Positions 1 through 15,891 of a stretch of 64,000 bases of DNA are shown here, piece by piece. The notes under the pieces were generated by a model. That model was not told the DNA's origin, ran no database searches, and was given only the letters and a program-made list of their open reading frames with translations. The DNA comes from Piromyces finnis finn (Eukaryota > Fungi > Neocallimastigomycota), in contig MCFH01000007.1 in the NCBI GenBank assembly GCA_002104945.1, positions 558,001 through 622,000 on the forward strand. The letters are read 5' to 3'. The translations under genes and the position numbers were made by a program. Every line of letters begins with the position of its first letter. The stretch's first letter is position 1.

Positions 1-3000
1 TTGAATTTCTTATAATATTTAGGTTTTATTTAATTATTATTAGAAATATCATTTATTTTATAAAGAATTTATAATTAATAATTGAGACGTGAAAAAAAAA
101 AAAATTCACTCTATTTCATTTACAGATATATGATTTTATTGTATAATTAAATGCTCTTTTTAATAACATTGAATTACAAATAATATTAAACAATTAAGAT
201 TTTAAATTTTTTGTTGTTTAAAAAAATATTTAATTAATTATAAAAATATATAATATAAAATATTTAATACTAATTTTTATAATAAGAATACAATATATAT
301 ATTATATAATAAAAAAATATTTACCTTATTTAAAAAAGCTCTAATATTATTGTTTTATTATAAGTCTTATATTTTTTATATCTCTACTATTTGCAAGTTA
401 GAGCTATAATTATTCTTTTCTTTAAAATTTTTAATATTTGTTTTTTTTTTTACTTCTTTTTTGGTATTTAATTGAAGTTTTTTTTTTGTAATTTTTAATT
501 TTTACTTCTATACTTTGATAGAATTTTATTATTTATTTGATTATTGATTTATTATTTTATTCATTTATTCTTCATTTATATAGAATATATAAAATATAAT
601 GATTTTTATCAATATATTTCTGTTATTTATTTTTATAGTTTTAAAAATATATAAGAGTATATTTAATAAAAAAATATATATATTTTAATATATAGAATAT
701 ATAATAAGATTATGTATTATAGTTAATAAAAATGATCTATTATTAATTGTTCATATATATATAATAAATAGAAAATAATAGAGGTTATTGATAAATAATA
801 AAATATATATAACAAAAACTTTTTTTTTTATTTTGATGGTTATTGGTTATATGCTATAATCTATCCTTTTTTTTTTTAGATTTCGAAATATACTATGTTT
901 TGTTATTTTTGTTGCTGTTATTACTTACTATAAACTATTGTTGTTACTGTTACTGTTGTTGTTGTTGTTGTTGTTTTAAATACTTTATATTTTTTAGTAT
1001 TGAATAAATAGATACATTTATTTCATTTTATTTCATTTTTTGTTTTTTTTTTAAATCTATATATAATTTTTTTTTTAAAAAAATTTTAAAGAAAATATAT
1101 TTTAGGGTTAAAAAGAAAACAGGTCCATTAATAAATATCTTTTAATTAATCAAAATGAATAAAAAAAAATTAATATTATTCTGTTTAAAACATATATATT
1201 ACAATATAATCATAATATATTAATTTAATTATCTAAAAACTGTTAAACTTTTTATTATTCTTTTATTTTTAGAATGAAAAAAACAAATAGAAATAAAGTT
1301 TGAAAGAAAATGTTTATACAAAAAGATTGCTGTTAGTAAAAAAAGAAAGAGTAAAAGAGTTTAGTTAAAAATAAAAATAATAATTATAATACTGAAAAAA
1401 ACCCTCTTAGTATTTTAATTGAAAAAGAGGATGTTATTAATATTATAATCATCAACTCTAAGGTAAATGATATTAATCTATAGATAATAATAATTATCTA
1501 TTATCAGCTATTATACTACGAAATAGTTAAATCTTTCTGGTTTACTGTGTTACTCTACATGGTTTAATTTTTTTGTTTTTATTATTATATTAAATAATAA
1601 TTATTTATCAATCTTTAATATATTAACAATCTATTGCAATATATGTAATAATTAAAATAGTTGAAACTATTATTTATTTTTTAAATATAATAAATTTATA
1701 AAATCAAACTGAATAATTAAATTTATTGGTTATTATATAAATACACAAGTCAATTATTAAACTAATTTACAATATATTATGAATTAATTGTATGAATATA
1801 AATAATATAATAAATTTAAATTAATAAATATAATCCACAACATTAATAATTATTTAAATGAAATAAACATAAACAACAAAAATTAATATAAACATTAATC
1901 AATAGTATTTTTTTTTTAAGCATTTCTTATAATAATAATGAAAGACGTTAAACTCCATTAAAGCTATTATGCTTTATTTAACAATGTAGGATACATAATT
2001 TTAAGGCAATAAAAAAAAGAAATAAGAGGATATTATAAAATAAAATCTCAAAGTATTATGATAATAGAAAGATAAATGATTATTCTTTTTGAGTTAAAGA
2101 AGAAAATAAACTTTTTTTATTTTAAATAAATGATTTTTATTTTATCCCATTTTATTGATTTTATTGTTAAAAAGTTTTCTAATAGGTAACAAAAAATAGT
2201 TTAAAAAAATACTAGCATTGAATAATACCAATTAAGAAATGGAAAATTATGAAGAATATCTGTTTTATAAGGTAATAAAAGAACAACATATGTAAATTAT
2301 CAAATAATAAAAAAAACAAAATGAGATTTTGTTTTAATAATACTATTTTTATTATTTTTAAATATTCAATTTTTATGATATAGTATTATCAATAATAAAT
2401 ACTTTTTTTGTATAAAATCAATTCATGAAAAGTGAAAAAGAAATAAAGATGACTTTCCATCATTAAATTCTTTTTTTTTTTTTTTCTATAACTTTACAAT
2501 TATAAAAATTTTAATTTAATTTCAAAAATTTACTTTTTTGGTAATTTGGATACATTGACCATGTATTTCTTTAATTAAACCAAAATTAAATACAACAACC
2601 AAATCCAAACCGTTTATATAATTAAAATCTTTATATAACTATGAAATAGTTAAATAAATGAATAAAAAAAAAAATACAGTAATATCAAGAATGAAATTGA
2701 AAAAGATATTTGTTAATATTAATACCTTAAAAAATAAAATATTTTATTGTATTTATTAAATATTTATCATTTAATAAATCTATAATCTGTAATAAATAAT
2801 TGGTAGTATAAATTTATTTTTAACATTAAATTACATCTTTTAACTTTAAAAAAAAAGGTCTATTATCTATTATTTGTAATACAAAGGTTTTTTTAACTTT
2901 ATAACATATACAAATACATACAAGTTATATAATATAATCCAGTATACATTTTCATAATTATATTTATTATGTAGATGTAGGTTTTTTATCAAAAAAAAAA

Positions 3001-3259
3001 AAAAAATAAAATTTTCAATATGAAATATATTTGTTAATGTATACGAATTGACTACATTATCCTATATAATGTATACAAAGTATTTGAATTGAAATTTTTA
3101 ATTAAAAATTTCAAAAGAATTCTATTTAAGGATACAAATAAAAGTCAAAGGTTTAATAAATGTTTTTTTCATTTACAACATAGAAATAGTGTTATAATAA
3201 TTTCATTCGACTCTTTAATGCCGACTTTTTATTAATAATAAAATATTTTTAATATAAGA

Positions 3260-5076
3260 ATGCCGAACGAACAGATTTCAAATACAGTACTAAAGATTGT
3301 ACAACTCATTTTAAATAAAAGTAAGACAGGAAATGTAAATCAGGAGGTTATATCAAAATATCATGAATATTCAATGAAAATTCTTGGAAGGTAATAAAAA
3401 CATAAACAAATTAAATAAATATATAAGTAATAATGAAAAATATTATAAACTTAATATTCTGATAGTATAAACAAAAAATATTTTATAATTAATTTATATT
3501 ATTAAACCTATTAAATTTTTATAGCCGTATGTCACATATGGTATTAAAGGATGAGGTTCATGTTTCAACTCAAATTAAAAAAAGATGTATGAATTTCTCA
3601 AATAGTAGTTTTCGATTTAAATTTAAAAACAATATTATTTATTAACTTTTTTATATACTTTTGTTCATTTACATTTTTATAATTTTATCAATTCATAGTA
3701 TTAAGAAAAAATAATCAAAATATGGATTCAGCCTTATTATTTAATAACTTATTTATTAAATTACAATCAAAAGTATGCTAATAACAATAACACTAAAAAA
3801 TTTTTAATATAAATATATTATTATTTAATGATAAATAATTGTTAAATTAATATTCATGATATCAATTTTTTTTTTTTTTTTTAATAAGCCGATTTTAAAA
3901 AATAAATGGGCAGTATTATACTTTTTATTAAATCTATCAGAACAACTAGAAAATTATACTGCATCTTCAAATGTAACGTATTAATTATTTTATTTAGAAT
4001 TAAAAAGTATATAACTTATCACACACCTGTATATCTATAATGTATTAATTTTTCATTTTTTTTATTTTAATTACTTTATTTCTTCCAATAAATTGTAATA
4101 TATTTAGTTAATTGATACAACATTAGATTCTATACAATTATCAAACATTGATATAGAACCAAAAAAAGAAGATTCTCAAGTGGAAGAAGAAAAAATACAT
4201 TTTCCAGAAACGCAAGAACTTAATCAATTAAAATTTTTAAACTTATACTATCATCAAAATGGTACATTTTAAAATTTCAAAATTAAATTTCATTCAAATA
4301 ATTAATACTAATTGAAAATTTACTATATAAATGTGTATAAGAACAACAAGAAATTACAGAAGATGTATTAGTTCATGATCTTATTTATATATTCCAAGGT
4401 ATTCATGGCCGATATATTAAATTTAATCCAGAAACAGATAAATTTACTATTGATGAAAGAGTAATATTACAATTACAATTTATATCACAAATAATTTTAA
4501 GAATTAAAGAAAAAAATAATAATTGAATTTTAAAATTAAAATTATTTTAATATTTAATATGTTTTAAAAAAAATATATGGTTTAATTATATCAAAAACTT
4601 TTAAAAGTTAAAAATACCAAAACCAACCTATGAGTTAATATCAAAATTATCTGAATTGGGATGGCTTTATAGACAAATTCATCAATTTACATATCAGGTT
4701 CAACCGATAGGATTAGTTCGACAAGTAAATAATATTTAAAAACGATAAGGAAATAATAATAATGAATTAATATAATAGTACCAGCATTAATTCTATATTT
4801 TTATGATTATAATTTGATTCTTTATATTCTCAATATATTACTATTATAATGACAAACTATTCATCTAGAGATTTTGTGCTGCCCTTCAAAAAGAACTTAC
4901 AGAATATTATAAATTAATTACAGTATTAGAAAGTCAATTGATAGCGTATGGATCATCTGATGAAAGCAATAAAAATTTTGTTTCAAAAAAATTATCACTA
5001 AAAAGATTATTAGTGTGGACACAAGAACCTCTTCAAAGAATAAGATTTTTAGAAACTTTGGTTAAATTATTTAAAA

Positions 5077-5110
<34 letters not shown>

Positions 5111-6965
5111 TAATAATAATGCAAACGCTAACTAAAAGAGTTTCTGACCAATTCATAAAACTAAAAAAAAAAAAAAAAAAACTAAACAATTATTTAATTT
5201 TATTATTCTGTGATAAAACTTTTAATATATATATTAAATATAAATAGAATGTGGAGGTGGTGATTTAATATCAAAAATTCATAATTTTGTTAATCATGGT
5301 GATCCATTTGTACAAAACTTTATACATGACCTTCTTTGTGAAGTATGAATATGAATAATATATCATAACATATTAGAAAAAAAAAAAAGTACTTATACAT
5401 TATACATTGATAATAATTTCTAATTCGTATATGTCCTATTATTCATTAAAAAGGTATCAACACCTTTCTTTGATATGTTAAAGAAGTGGATTTACGAAGG
5501 TGAATTAAATGATCAATATAATGAGTTCTTTGTAGAAGAGCATCAAGATATTCATGGAGAAGATTTATGGAATTTAAAATACTCTATGCGTCAAAATGGT
5601 AGTATGTTACCGTCTTTTATAAATACTACACTTGCAAAAAAGGTATAATTTCAATATATCTATATTGATATATATATTAAATTTTTTTTTAATAAACTAT
5701 TTATAATATAAACTATTATTATATTTTTTAGATTTTAGTTATTGGAAAATCATTAAATTTTATAAAAGATAGTTGTAATGATAGTGAATACGTTTTAAAT
5801 AGAAGTAAAGAAGCAGAAAATTTAAATGGTAAAATATTATTATTATTATCATTATTATTATTATTATTATTATCCTAATAATAATTTATAAATAATAAAA
5901 TACTAAAAATATTATGAAACAAAAATTGTTTAACCCTATAATTTTTTATTTTAAAGTATTTAACTATGATAGTATAGAAGCATTAGAGGAAATTGTGGAT
6001 GAAAATTATATTAATACAAGTAATTATTTATTAGATATTCTCTTTACTCGGTATAAGCTTAAGGATCATTTAAATGCCTTGAAGCGGTATCTCTTATTAG
6101 GTCAAGGTGATTTTATTCAAAATTTGATGGATTCATTAGGGTAAATACTTTAAAGTTTAGTAGTAGACATGATTTTAAAAAAGTTTTTATTATTAAGTCA
6201 TCATGCCCTTTTTTTTTTTTTTTTTTTTTTTTAACTAGACCAAGTTTAAGAAATAAAGCAGTTGGTTTATATCGTCATAATTTAACTGGAAGCTTAGAAA
6301 CTGCAATTCGTGCTTCAAATGCCCAATATGATGATGATGAAATTTTGAATCATCTTGACGTTAGATTATTATCCGTATGTTTTTTTTTTTTTTTTTTTTT
6401 TTTTAGATTAATATTTATAATGTTAATGCTATTAATTTTTAATAATCATCTTCTAAATTATAAAAAAAAAAAATAAAAATGAAAAAAATTTTTATTATTA
6501 TTTAAAAATAAATAGCCATCTGAAGGTGATGTTGGATGGGATGTATTTACATTAGATTATCATGTTTCTCAACCATTAAATACCATTATAACGTCAAGTG
6601 CAATGGAAAAATATAGAAAACTTTTCCATTTCTTATGGCGATTAAAAAGAGTAGAACATACTTTATCTGCTTCCTGGAAACGTCATTTAATAAGAGATTA
6701 TAAAACACAAGGTAAAAATAAAAATTAATAGAGGTTAAATATAATTTTTTATAAATGCAATGAAAATATAATTTATTCAACAATGCATTAAATATGCTTA
6801 TATAATATATATATCATTTAATAATAATAGAAATAAGAAATGAACTACATAAATCTAATTTAATATTAAGTGAAATGATTCATTTTATATATCAACTTCA
6901 GTACTATTTCTTATTCGAGGTGTGTATCATTTTATTTTAATAGTAAAAAATTAATAGATTAATAG

Positions 6966-7004
<39 letters not shown>

Positions 7005-7037
7005 ATCCTATATTAATAATGTTAATTTAATATTTAT

Positions 7038-7071
<34 letters not shown>

Positions 7072-8012
7072 GGTATTGGAATGTTCATGGGACGAATTAA
7101 ATAAATATATTGATAAACATACTGGTAATTTAGATCAATTAATTAAAGAACATAATCGTTATTTAGCCAATATTATACAAAAGGGTCTTTTAGCACCATC
7201 AGAAGTAAAATATAATTATATACATTTTATTTTCTTTTCTATTTTATTTGTAATACTAATGAAATGTCATTTCTTTTATTATTATTTTATACAATTATAG
7301 AAACTTATACCAACATTAAATAAATTATTTGATTGTTCTTTAATCTATTCTAAAAATCAAGTACATATTAATAAAAAAAAATATCTATTTTCTTTTTTAA
7401 ATAGATATGTTGTATTAACCTTTTCAATATATTTAAAAAATAGAATGAACTTTATAACTTTGCCGAAAATCAATTTTCAAGAAATAAGAAAAAAGCAAGA
7501 TTATCTTATCAACAAAAAATTGAGGTAATAAATAAATAAAAATTTTAAAAATATATTTTTTAAAAAAAAAATTAACATTCTTTTAATCCAAAATGGAATC
7601 TATCTATTTGATTTAAAAAAATAAATAAATAGGCTAAATTTGGTTTAGAAAGTAGTACCACTTATTTACAAGATTCCCAAATTTCAGATACACAAAGATT
7701 TTACGATATAAAAAATAATTTGTATCAAACAGCAGCTATATTCCATGTAAAAATAATTTATTTTATTTTATTAAAATATAATCATTATAATAACAAAATA
7801 TATTATATATATATATATAGCATAGCAAGTATCATACTAATAAATGTCTTTTTTTTTTTTTAATAAAAAAAATTTTTTTTCAAAACTTGATTTTATCTCT
7901 ACAGGAAAACTTTTCCTATTTAATCACAAGACTTTCAAACCATCAAAATGAAGCTTTTAAATCATTAAGTCTAAGATTAAATTTCAATGGTTACTACATT
8001 TCTACTATTTAA
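3260..8012 (+). CDS. SPC98: Gamma-tubulin complex component 3 (Spc98/GCP3), multi-exon gene
   Basis: Manually spliced GT-AG exons. Exon 1 is 3260-3390 ([18 protein letters not shown]...). Later exons give [86 protein letters not shown] and terminal [15 protein letters not shown] (TAA 8010-8012). These are GRIP-domain motifs characteristic of GCP3. Not every internal splice site was verified. Confidence 0.9.
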
Positions 8013-9301
8013 ATACAATATGTAAAACTATAAATATATATATTTTTATACATTAGGTTAAAAAAAAAAAAAAAAAAAGGTCATATTAAAACATTATTTA
8101 GAAAATCGTTTTATAAATTTTAATCCAATCCAATCCAATACTATTGTCAAATATATATATCATGAATGTATATAGTTTTTCCTTTCTGTTACATATTTAT
8201 TTATTTTAAAATTTAATAAAATGAAAAAAAGTATGAAGGATATAAAATAAAAAAATAAAAAATAAAAAATAAAATAAAATAAAAAATACTGTATATACAA
8301 TTTTATCTTTCGTTAAATTAAAAAAATAACTAAATAAACCATAATTCTCATATTTAAATTAATAAATTGTTTTTTTAAATAATATAAAAAAAAAAAAGGA
8401 AAGCATCATTTTATGTTTTTAAAATTTTTTTTTTTAATAAATTTTGAAATCTATATTTTTACCTTTATATAAAATTAAATCATTCTTTATCCTTTTACAG
8501 TTCAAAAAAAAAACTTTTGAATATTCTTTTTTATCGAAAATTGTAACTAAAAAAAAAAAAAAGCTTTTTTTTTTTTTAATCTATATATTTTTTAATCTCA
8601 TAGGTCTTTTTTTTTTTTTTTTTAAATATAATATGTATTATATATATATATATACAATAAAATATAATAAATAAAAATCACCTACAACTAAATAAAATTG
8701 AAATAAAAAAAAAAAAAAATTAGAATACATATACAGTTAAAATAACGTTAAATACTTTTCTTAAAAAAACTAAACCCTTTATATAAAAAAAAAAGATTTT
8801 TTTTTTTTTTAATTTTATTTTTTTTTTTTATATATATATTTTTATATATTATATGTGCATAATTTAAAAGTTTTTGTTGTAATTATTATTATTATTATTT
8901 GCATTTGCTTTAATTTTTGTTTGTTTCTTTAATATATAAAATAGAATTTTTTTTTTTTTTGTCTTTTCTTCTTGCTTTTTTTTTTCTTTCTTTTTGATTC
9001 TTCGCTTTTAGCCTTAATAATTAAAAAATAAAAAGTCTTCTTTAAATTTTTTTTTTTATTATAATATGAAAAATTTTTTACTTGTGTATTAAAAAAAAAA
9101 AAAAGAATATTTATAATCAATAATAAAAATAAAGAAAGGGTAAAAAAAAAAAAAAAAAAGGAGACAATAAAATAAAATAATAAATAAATAAATAAATAAA
9201 TAGTAAATTATTATTATTGTCTTTTTATCCTTCCCACTTTTTATTATTCATTAAAAATATTATAAAGTAATTTATATTTATATAAATAGTTAAATGATAA
9301 T

Positions 9302-12300
9302 TTAATATTCCGGTGAAAGAACAATTTGAGCACGATTGATCTATTTACAAAAAATTAAAAGATTATAAAGTTAATTTTTTTTTTTTTTTTTTTTACTTTA
9401 CTTTATATAAAATAATAATATTTCATAGTCTAAGAAAAAAAAAATTTTTTTTTTCTTCTTCCACTAAATTTATCGTGAACTTACTTGAGTAGCTAATGAT
9501 TGAACAGTAGAATAATAATCAATAATATTTTTAGAAAATTCAATACCATAAATCATCTTAATGGAATAAAATAATCTTTTACTAAATAAATCTTTTTGTT
9601 TTTCTGCTTCAGTAGGAATACCACCAGTACCAACACGGTTTGGCCATCCCTTAGTAGCTACAAAATCTTCATCTAAACCTAAGGTTTCATCTTCTTTCAT
9701 GAATAAACAATTCTTTACAATTGGTAATAAATTCTCTGCAATATCTTTAATATTTTCTTCTTCGGAAAGTCCCTTTTTAATTTCATATTCATTGGCTATT
9801 CAATATACAATATGAAATATAACGTTTTAATTATTAATGTCATATACGAATATCATAAAAAAAAAAAAATCAATTTAACTTTTTTAATACATACCAACAA
9901 TTTCAAATGGTTGACTAACAGATAATACATTATAACCATCTTTAAAGTGATAACGAACTTCGTAAGAACCTAATTCCCATGGAATTAAATTGTTTTCAAA
10001 AACTAATTCACCCTTAACAATATCTTGATTATTATCATTGTAGACTTCAGTAACAATCTTTGAAGCCTTAATGAATTCTTCATGTTCTTCATCAGTCCAT
10101 GATTCTTTCTTTTCGTCTTCAATTGATTCATCATCATTTTTACCTTTACCAGATAAGCAATATAACCATCTTCCCTTACAACTCTTAGTAGTAACAGAAC
10201 GCTTTTTATTTTGGGTAACACGGTAAATACCTATCCAATCTAATGGAGTAACTGTATTCTTTGGAGCTGACCATTGAACTATTATTGGTGAACCTAATGA
10301 AAACATTTTACTTTCTATTTCGTTGGTCTTATTTTCTGATAAACTTAAATCTGAAACATGATGAACTTCAACTTGATAGAATTCATTAGATGGAAGACTA
10401 TCTTGAGAATATGAGATTTTATTGGATTGGGTATTATCATGACTATGAATTACAACAACAATAATTGAAACATCATATATAATAATAGAAAAATAAAAGG
10501 TATATTTAGTAAATAAAATTAGGTATTTCAAGACACATTACAAACAATAGTTAAAATAAGCAATTTTAATTATTTGTCGTCAAAAAAAAAAAAAAAAGTC
10601 GAATTAATACTTACGATTTTGTAAATTGTTGTACAACTTTTTCAGCAGTTTCATCAACAACTTCCTTTGTCTTTTCAAAAAGTTTAGTAGCTGAGTTACT
10701 AATGGATCCACGTCTTCTTAAATTTGGATTACTATCATTTCTGGAACTAGCTACAAGAACAATTCCATCGCTATCTTCTTCGTCAGTAGTTGGTGAAACA
10801 GTTTCTGGATCGTTTAAACTATTTGCCCATTTGTTAACAGCACGCTTTAAACTCTTGTTGGAAACTACACGTTTTAATCCAATTTCCTTAATATCCTTTT
10901 GAACAGTATCATAAATATTCTTAATTCTGGCATCCTTGCTCATAATCTTATTAACTTCCTTCATAATACCACTTTCTGCACCAGCCTTCTTTCTAACAAC
11001 AGCATTACCATAAATCTTATTCATATGTGGTTTTTCAACAAATTCTAAGAAGATAATTGTAAGAATGTGACCTGCTAAAGTACAAAAAGCTAATGGCCAT
11101 GAGTTAGTAATTAAGGCAATACCATAGAAAGCAGCTTGACCCATGAATTTTTCTGGATTGTTAAGGAAACGGTAAATACCACTGTAGTATAATCTTTCGG
11201 TAGAAATTAATTCCTTGATGAAGAAATCACCATAGAACCAACCATAGTCACCAAGAACTTCATAAACTTCAGTAGCAGTGTAAATATGTAAAATGATTAA
11301 TAACTATTTTTTTTTTTTAATTGATAGTATTATATTAACAAAGTTAGTATTTGAACTATATAAAAACAAATAATTAATCTAATTATTATAGTATATTATG
11401 ATATACTTACGAATCCAACAGTGTGTCTTAATAAAACTGTACCGTAAGTCCATTGATCTGGTAAAGTATAATTTCTTATGGCATAGGCAATGAAAGAGAC
11501 ATAGGTAATACAAATGACAAAGTTGTAAATACTAAATGATTATGGAAAGATTAAAAATTATTCGAAAAGATAGTAAAACATTATATATTGATGAATTAGG
11601 AATGAATTAGGGTAAATATTTTTTTTTAAAAAAAAAAAAAAACAGTGAAGAATATATAAATATGTTGATTAGTATTTGAAAGATAATAGAATATGTAATA
11701 TTAATAAATTCTACTATAAATATAAAATTTAAAGTTACTTTTTCCATTGTTGGAAACCTTCACGAATAGATTGACCATTTTTAATGTAATGCTTGTTCCA
11801 AGAATTGAATTTACTTTGGAAGTATAAGATAGTACCAACACCTAAAGAAGAAGCAAGTCTCCATATCCAACACATACTTTATTATAAAAAAAAAAAAGTT
11901 TGGTTAATTTTTATATCTTATAATAAGTTTAACCATTTATTTATATGTATTATATATATGTATAAATACTTACACTATTGGCATTTTACTTGACTTATCA
12001 ACTGCAAAGGTGTATATAATGGTAATGGCACAAACGACAACACAAAGAATATCACTACTCTTATATAAATCAAGACGGAAGAAACCAATGGCATCCTTAT
12101 TATTAAAGTATTGACGAAGTTTTTCAAGTTCGATTTTAGTTGGACGTTGTGGATTGCTTGAGCCATAAATCTTATTAATATGTGGATTTTCAACAAATAC
12201 AAGGAAGCCTAATTGTAATGCATGAATAAGAAGTGAAATAAATAATACTAAATAACTCTTTGACATTAAAGCTGAACCGTAGTAACCAATATAACCAACA

Positions 12301-13293
12301 GAATACATTGGATGTGGAATAATTTCGAAAACACCATCAAAGGTTAAATTAGAATCGACAAGGAAGAAGAAATCACCCCAGTCTATCAGATTAAATATTT
12401 CATAACATTATAAAATAATAATAAAAGAAGTTTTTTCCATTAAAAATAGAATTCCAAATCAAAGATATGATTTTTAATGAAAAATAAATTAAATCTTTTT
12501 TAAAATATTATGAATTTCATTATTCAATAAATAGAGTACTTACACCAAGCGAAATCTTTAACAACACGATGAGCATCATGCTTTACCCAAATGTTTAAGG
12601 CAATTAAAATGAAGGAGCCAAGGAAACGAAGAACATCAATAATAGTGAATGGATCTGGCATTTCTACATAACGGAAACTGAAACAACAGTACGAAGTGAA
12701 ATCATTAACTAAAATTAAATCTTCAATACAGCGGAATAAAAGCCAACAGTTGTATTCAACTGGAACAGCCTTTACAATACAATTAATAAATATAAGAATG
12801 AATATATAATGAATATTTTTAATGAAAAATATTAATAATATTATCCATTTGAAAACATTGTTATATTCCTAGTTATTGAAAGGAATATAACTAGGAATTA
12901 TATAATATTAAAAATACTTACATCAAAATCGTAATCATCATTCATCTTTTTTGTGAATTGTTGACGAATTAAACGAACAATAAACTTTTCTTCATCTTGA
13001 TGTTCTTTTCCCTTAACGTGATTGAAAATATGTTTCTTTAAGAACTTAACAACACCTTGTCTATCACTTTGTATCTTTAAAAGATAACCAATACCAACAT
13101 TATATAATAAACGCCATAAAATACTAGTGACTAAAAAGAATAAACCACTGGTATTAGTACAGAAGAAAAGGAATATTTGAATGAAATATACAAAAAGAGT
13201 AGCATATTCAAAAATTGAATGGCTAAATAACTTTGTGATATCAAAAAGATTATTCATTACATCAGTAGTGAATGGAACTTCAAACTCTGTTGT

Positions 13294-13331
<38 letters not shown>

Positions 13332-13736
13332 AAAAGGGGAAAAAATATTTATTTTATTATTACGATTATTACAAATATTTTAAAAAATATTTTCGTTTCA
13401 GCATCTCTCATTAATATATTTATTTGAAGAAATATTTTTATTCAAATTAATAAAAAGTTATATTTATTGATTGATATTTCAAAAATTACAATATATCATA
13501 GAAATGAAATTTTTAAATCCTATTATAATAGGAAGAGTTTTCTAAAATGATTTCATAAATATACCATTCTTTTAAAAAAAAAATTATTACGTACCAATAT
13601 TGGTTTGTAAGGTTCTTCCAATAGTTTTCTTTTTTTTGTAATTTTCATATTCCAAGTTTGTATCACCCAAAAAGAGGTTTAAAACTCCTGAAAAACCAGA
13701 ATTTTTTTCTTCCTTTTTAGTTTTTTTTTGTTCCAT
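9302..13736 (-). CDS. CHO2: Phosphatidylethanolamine N-methyltransferase (Cho2/Pem1), multi-exon gene
   Basis: ATG at 13736 (exon 1 ends IGRTLQTNI|gtacgt). Spliced exons give [91 protein letters not shown] and final [12 protein letters not shown] (stop 9302-9304). This is the duplicated PEMT-domain architecture of fungal Cho2. Confidence 0.9.
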
Positions 13737-15858
13737 AATGATAAATATTTTATTTTTTATCTATGGTTTAACTATTTTAACTATTTTATTTAATTGTTTT
13801 TTCTATTAAGTTGTTTATTTATGAAGTGAAATTGCGAAATAAAAAGAATTATATATAGGATATATAGAATTAATAATAAATAAATACAAAGAATATATAA
13901 TTTTATTTCTATTATAGAAATTTTAGTAATAATAATAAATGGTATAACGTTTGTATTGACAATTAATGTTTTACCTAATTTGTTTAAATTTCTTATTTAA
14001 AAAAAAAATAAATAAAAATATAAGGTTAATTTATTATACTATTTTAAATAGAGAAGAAAGAAATAAGAGATACTTTCGATTACTTTTGATTATATTATAA
14101 TATCATAAATCTCTCTTTTATTTGCCTTATAAAATAATACTCTAATCTTTTTTTACTATTTATTGTTGTTGTTGTTGTTTTTGTTACTATTACAATTTAA
14201 TATATATTTTTATATTTTATAAATTTATAAAATTACTTTTTTTAATATTTACTTTTTATCTATATTGTATTTGTTTAACTATGGTACAATTCTTCTTTTT
14301 CAAGTTTAGACTATTTTTATATACAATATATAGGTAAAAAAAATATTATATTTATTCTTTTTTTTTTTTTTTGATATTACTCTTTTTTAATATAAAATGA
14401 TTCTAAAAAGTTACTAATATTCTTATTTATTTATAAAATATAATTGTAATAATTATTGCACTTATTATATATTTATATGTATTAGTCAGCTTTAAAAAAG
14501 AATAAATATTAAAATATTTTTTTTAATCTCTTTTACTATTATTTCTATTAGAGATATATTAAAGAATAAAGAAGTAAAAAGTACCCTTTTCCTTTTATAT
14601 ATATATATTCACAAGATAGAGTTATCTTTATATATTATTTATTTATTTGTTTATATATTTATTTATTTAATTAATACTAATTAATTATAACCATTTTTAT
14701 TATTTTCTAATATATTAATGATATGAACAATTTATTATTAATTATGTTATATAATATATGATGAATTATATTGTAATATATTATAGTCTATTTTGTGTAA
14801 ATATAAATTAATAATAATTTATTTAAATTATAAATTATTATGTAACACCCAACAATAGGCTACAATAATTGTTTTGATGATTTTAAAAATTATTAAAGTG
14901 GAGTAAATATTGGAAACTTTTTAGGCCAAGTGTGACTTTTATGTGCCAGAACAAAGCTCTTTACTAATAAAATATTTTAATAGTTTTGTCAAATTCATTT
15001 ATTTAGAAAGCGTAAATTCAATTGTTTATAAAAGGAACTAATTTATTTTTAATTTCCATGTTACTATTTTCTTCTTTTTTTTTTTTTTTCATCAATAGCT
15101 CGAAAACATCTCAAATTTATATAAAAATCAATTAATTATATACTTACAATTTACTACTTTGTAAGAAATGATCTATTTCTACTAGTAGAATTATAAAGAG
15201 AAATATTATTTTCTTGTTTTTTTCTTTTTAAAAAAAATATATTGTTTCTTACTTTCTTTTTTTTTTTGTACTTGAAAAGTTGCGATTTTTTATTGTTATA
15301 ACCAATATAATATATTATTCTTTTTTTTTTTTTATGTTTATTTATTATTAATATTGATTAAATTTAATACCCTAAAACAACTATTATTAAAATATACAAG
15401 TTAATTAAATTGAATTATAAAAAAGTTATTTTTTCTCGTTCAACTTTCAGAAATAGGAAAACAAAATAGTATCAATTATATATAATATTTACAAAGCATA
15501 AATTATGTCTTTTGGTAATTTGTCCTAAGTTATTAAAATTTAAATAATAAAATAATAAATTCAATAGAAAAAAAATATATTTTTTTCAAGAAATTTCTTT
15601 CTTTTTCCCTGGTTATTATTATTATCTTTTTTATTTTATATTTTTTTGTTTTATTATATAACCGTTAAGTATTTTTTAACTGATATACATAAAGCAAATG
15701 AAAAAGATGTGACTAATGTTAAAGAAAAGAAAAGAAAAAATACGTTTAAAATTTGATGATATTTATGAGAAAAAAATTTAATATAAAATAGAAAATTAAA
15801 TAATATATTGAAATTAAAAATCTATATTAAAATAGGATAAATTAAATTAAATCTTTTT

Positions 15859-15891
<33 letters not shown>

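Noticed and set aside
1-3200. Possible gene in the first 3.2 kb
   Set aside because: No ORF or consistent exon chain could be supported; only A/T runs and a short (GTT)n tract near 940-975.
8444-9120. Short F/K/I-rich ORFs between SPC98 and CHO2, and similar ones at 26651, 30070, 31423, 50902, 55900 and 61631
   Set aside because: Products of A/T homopolymers in intergenic or UTR DNA.
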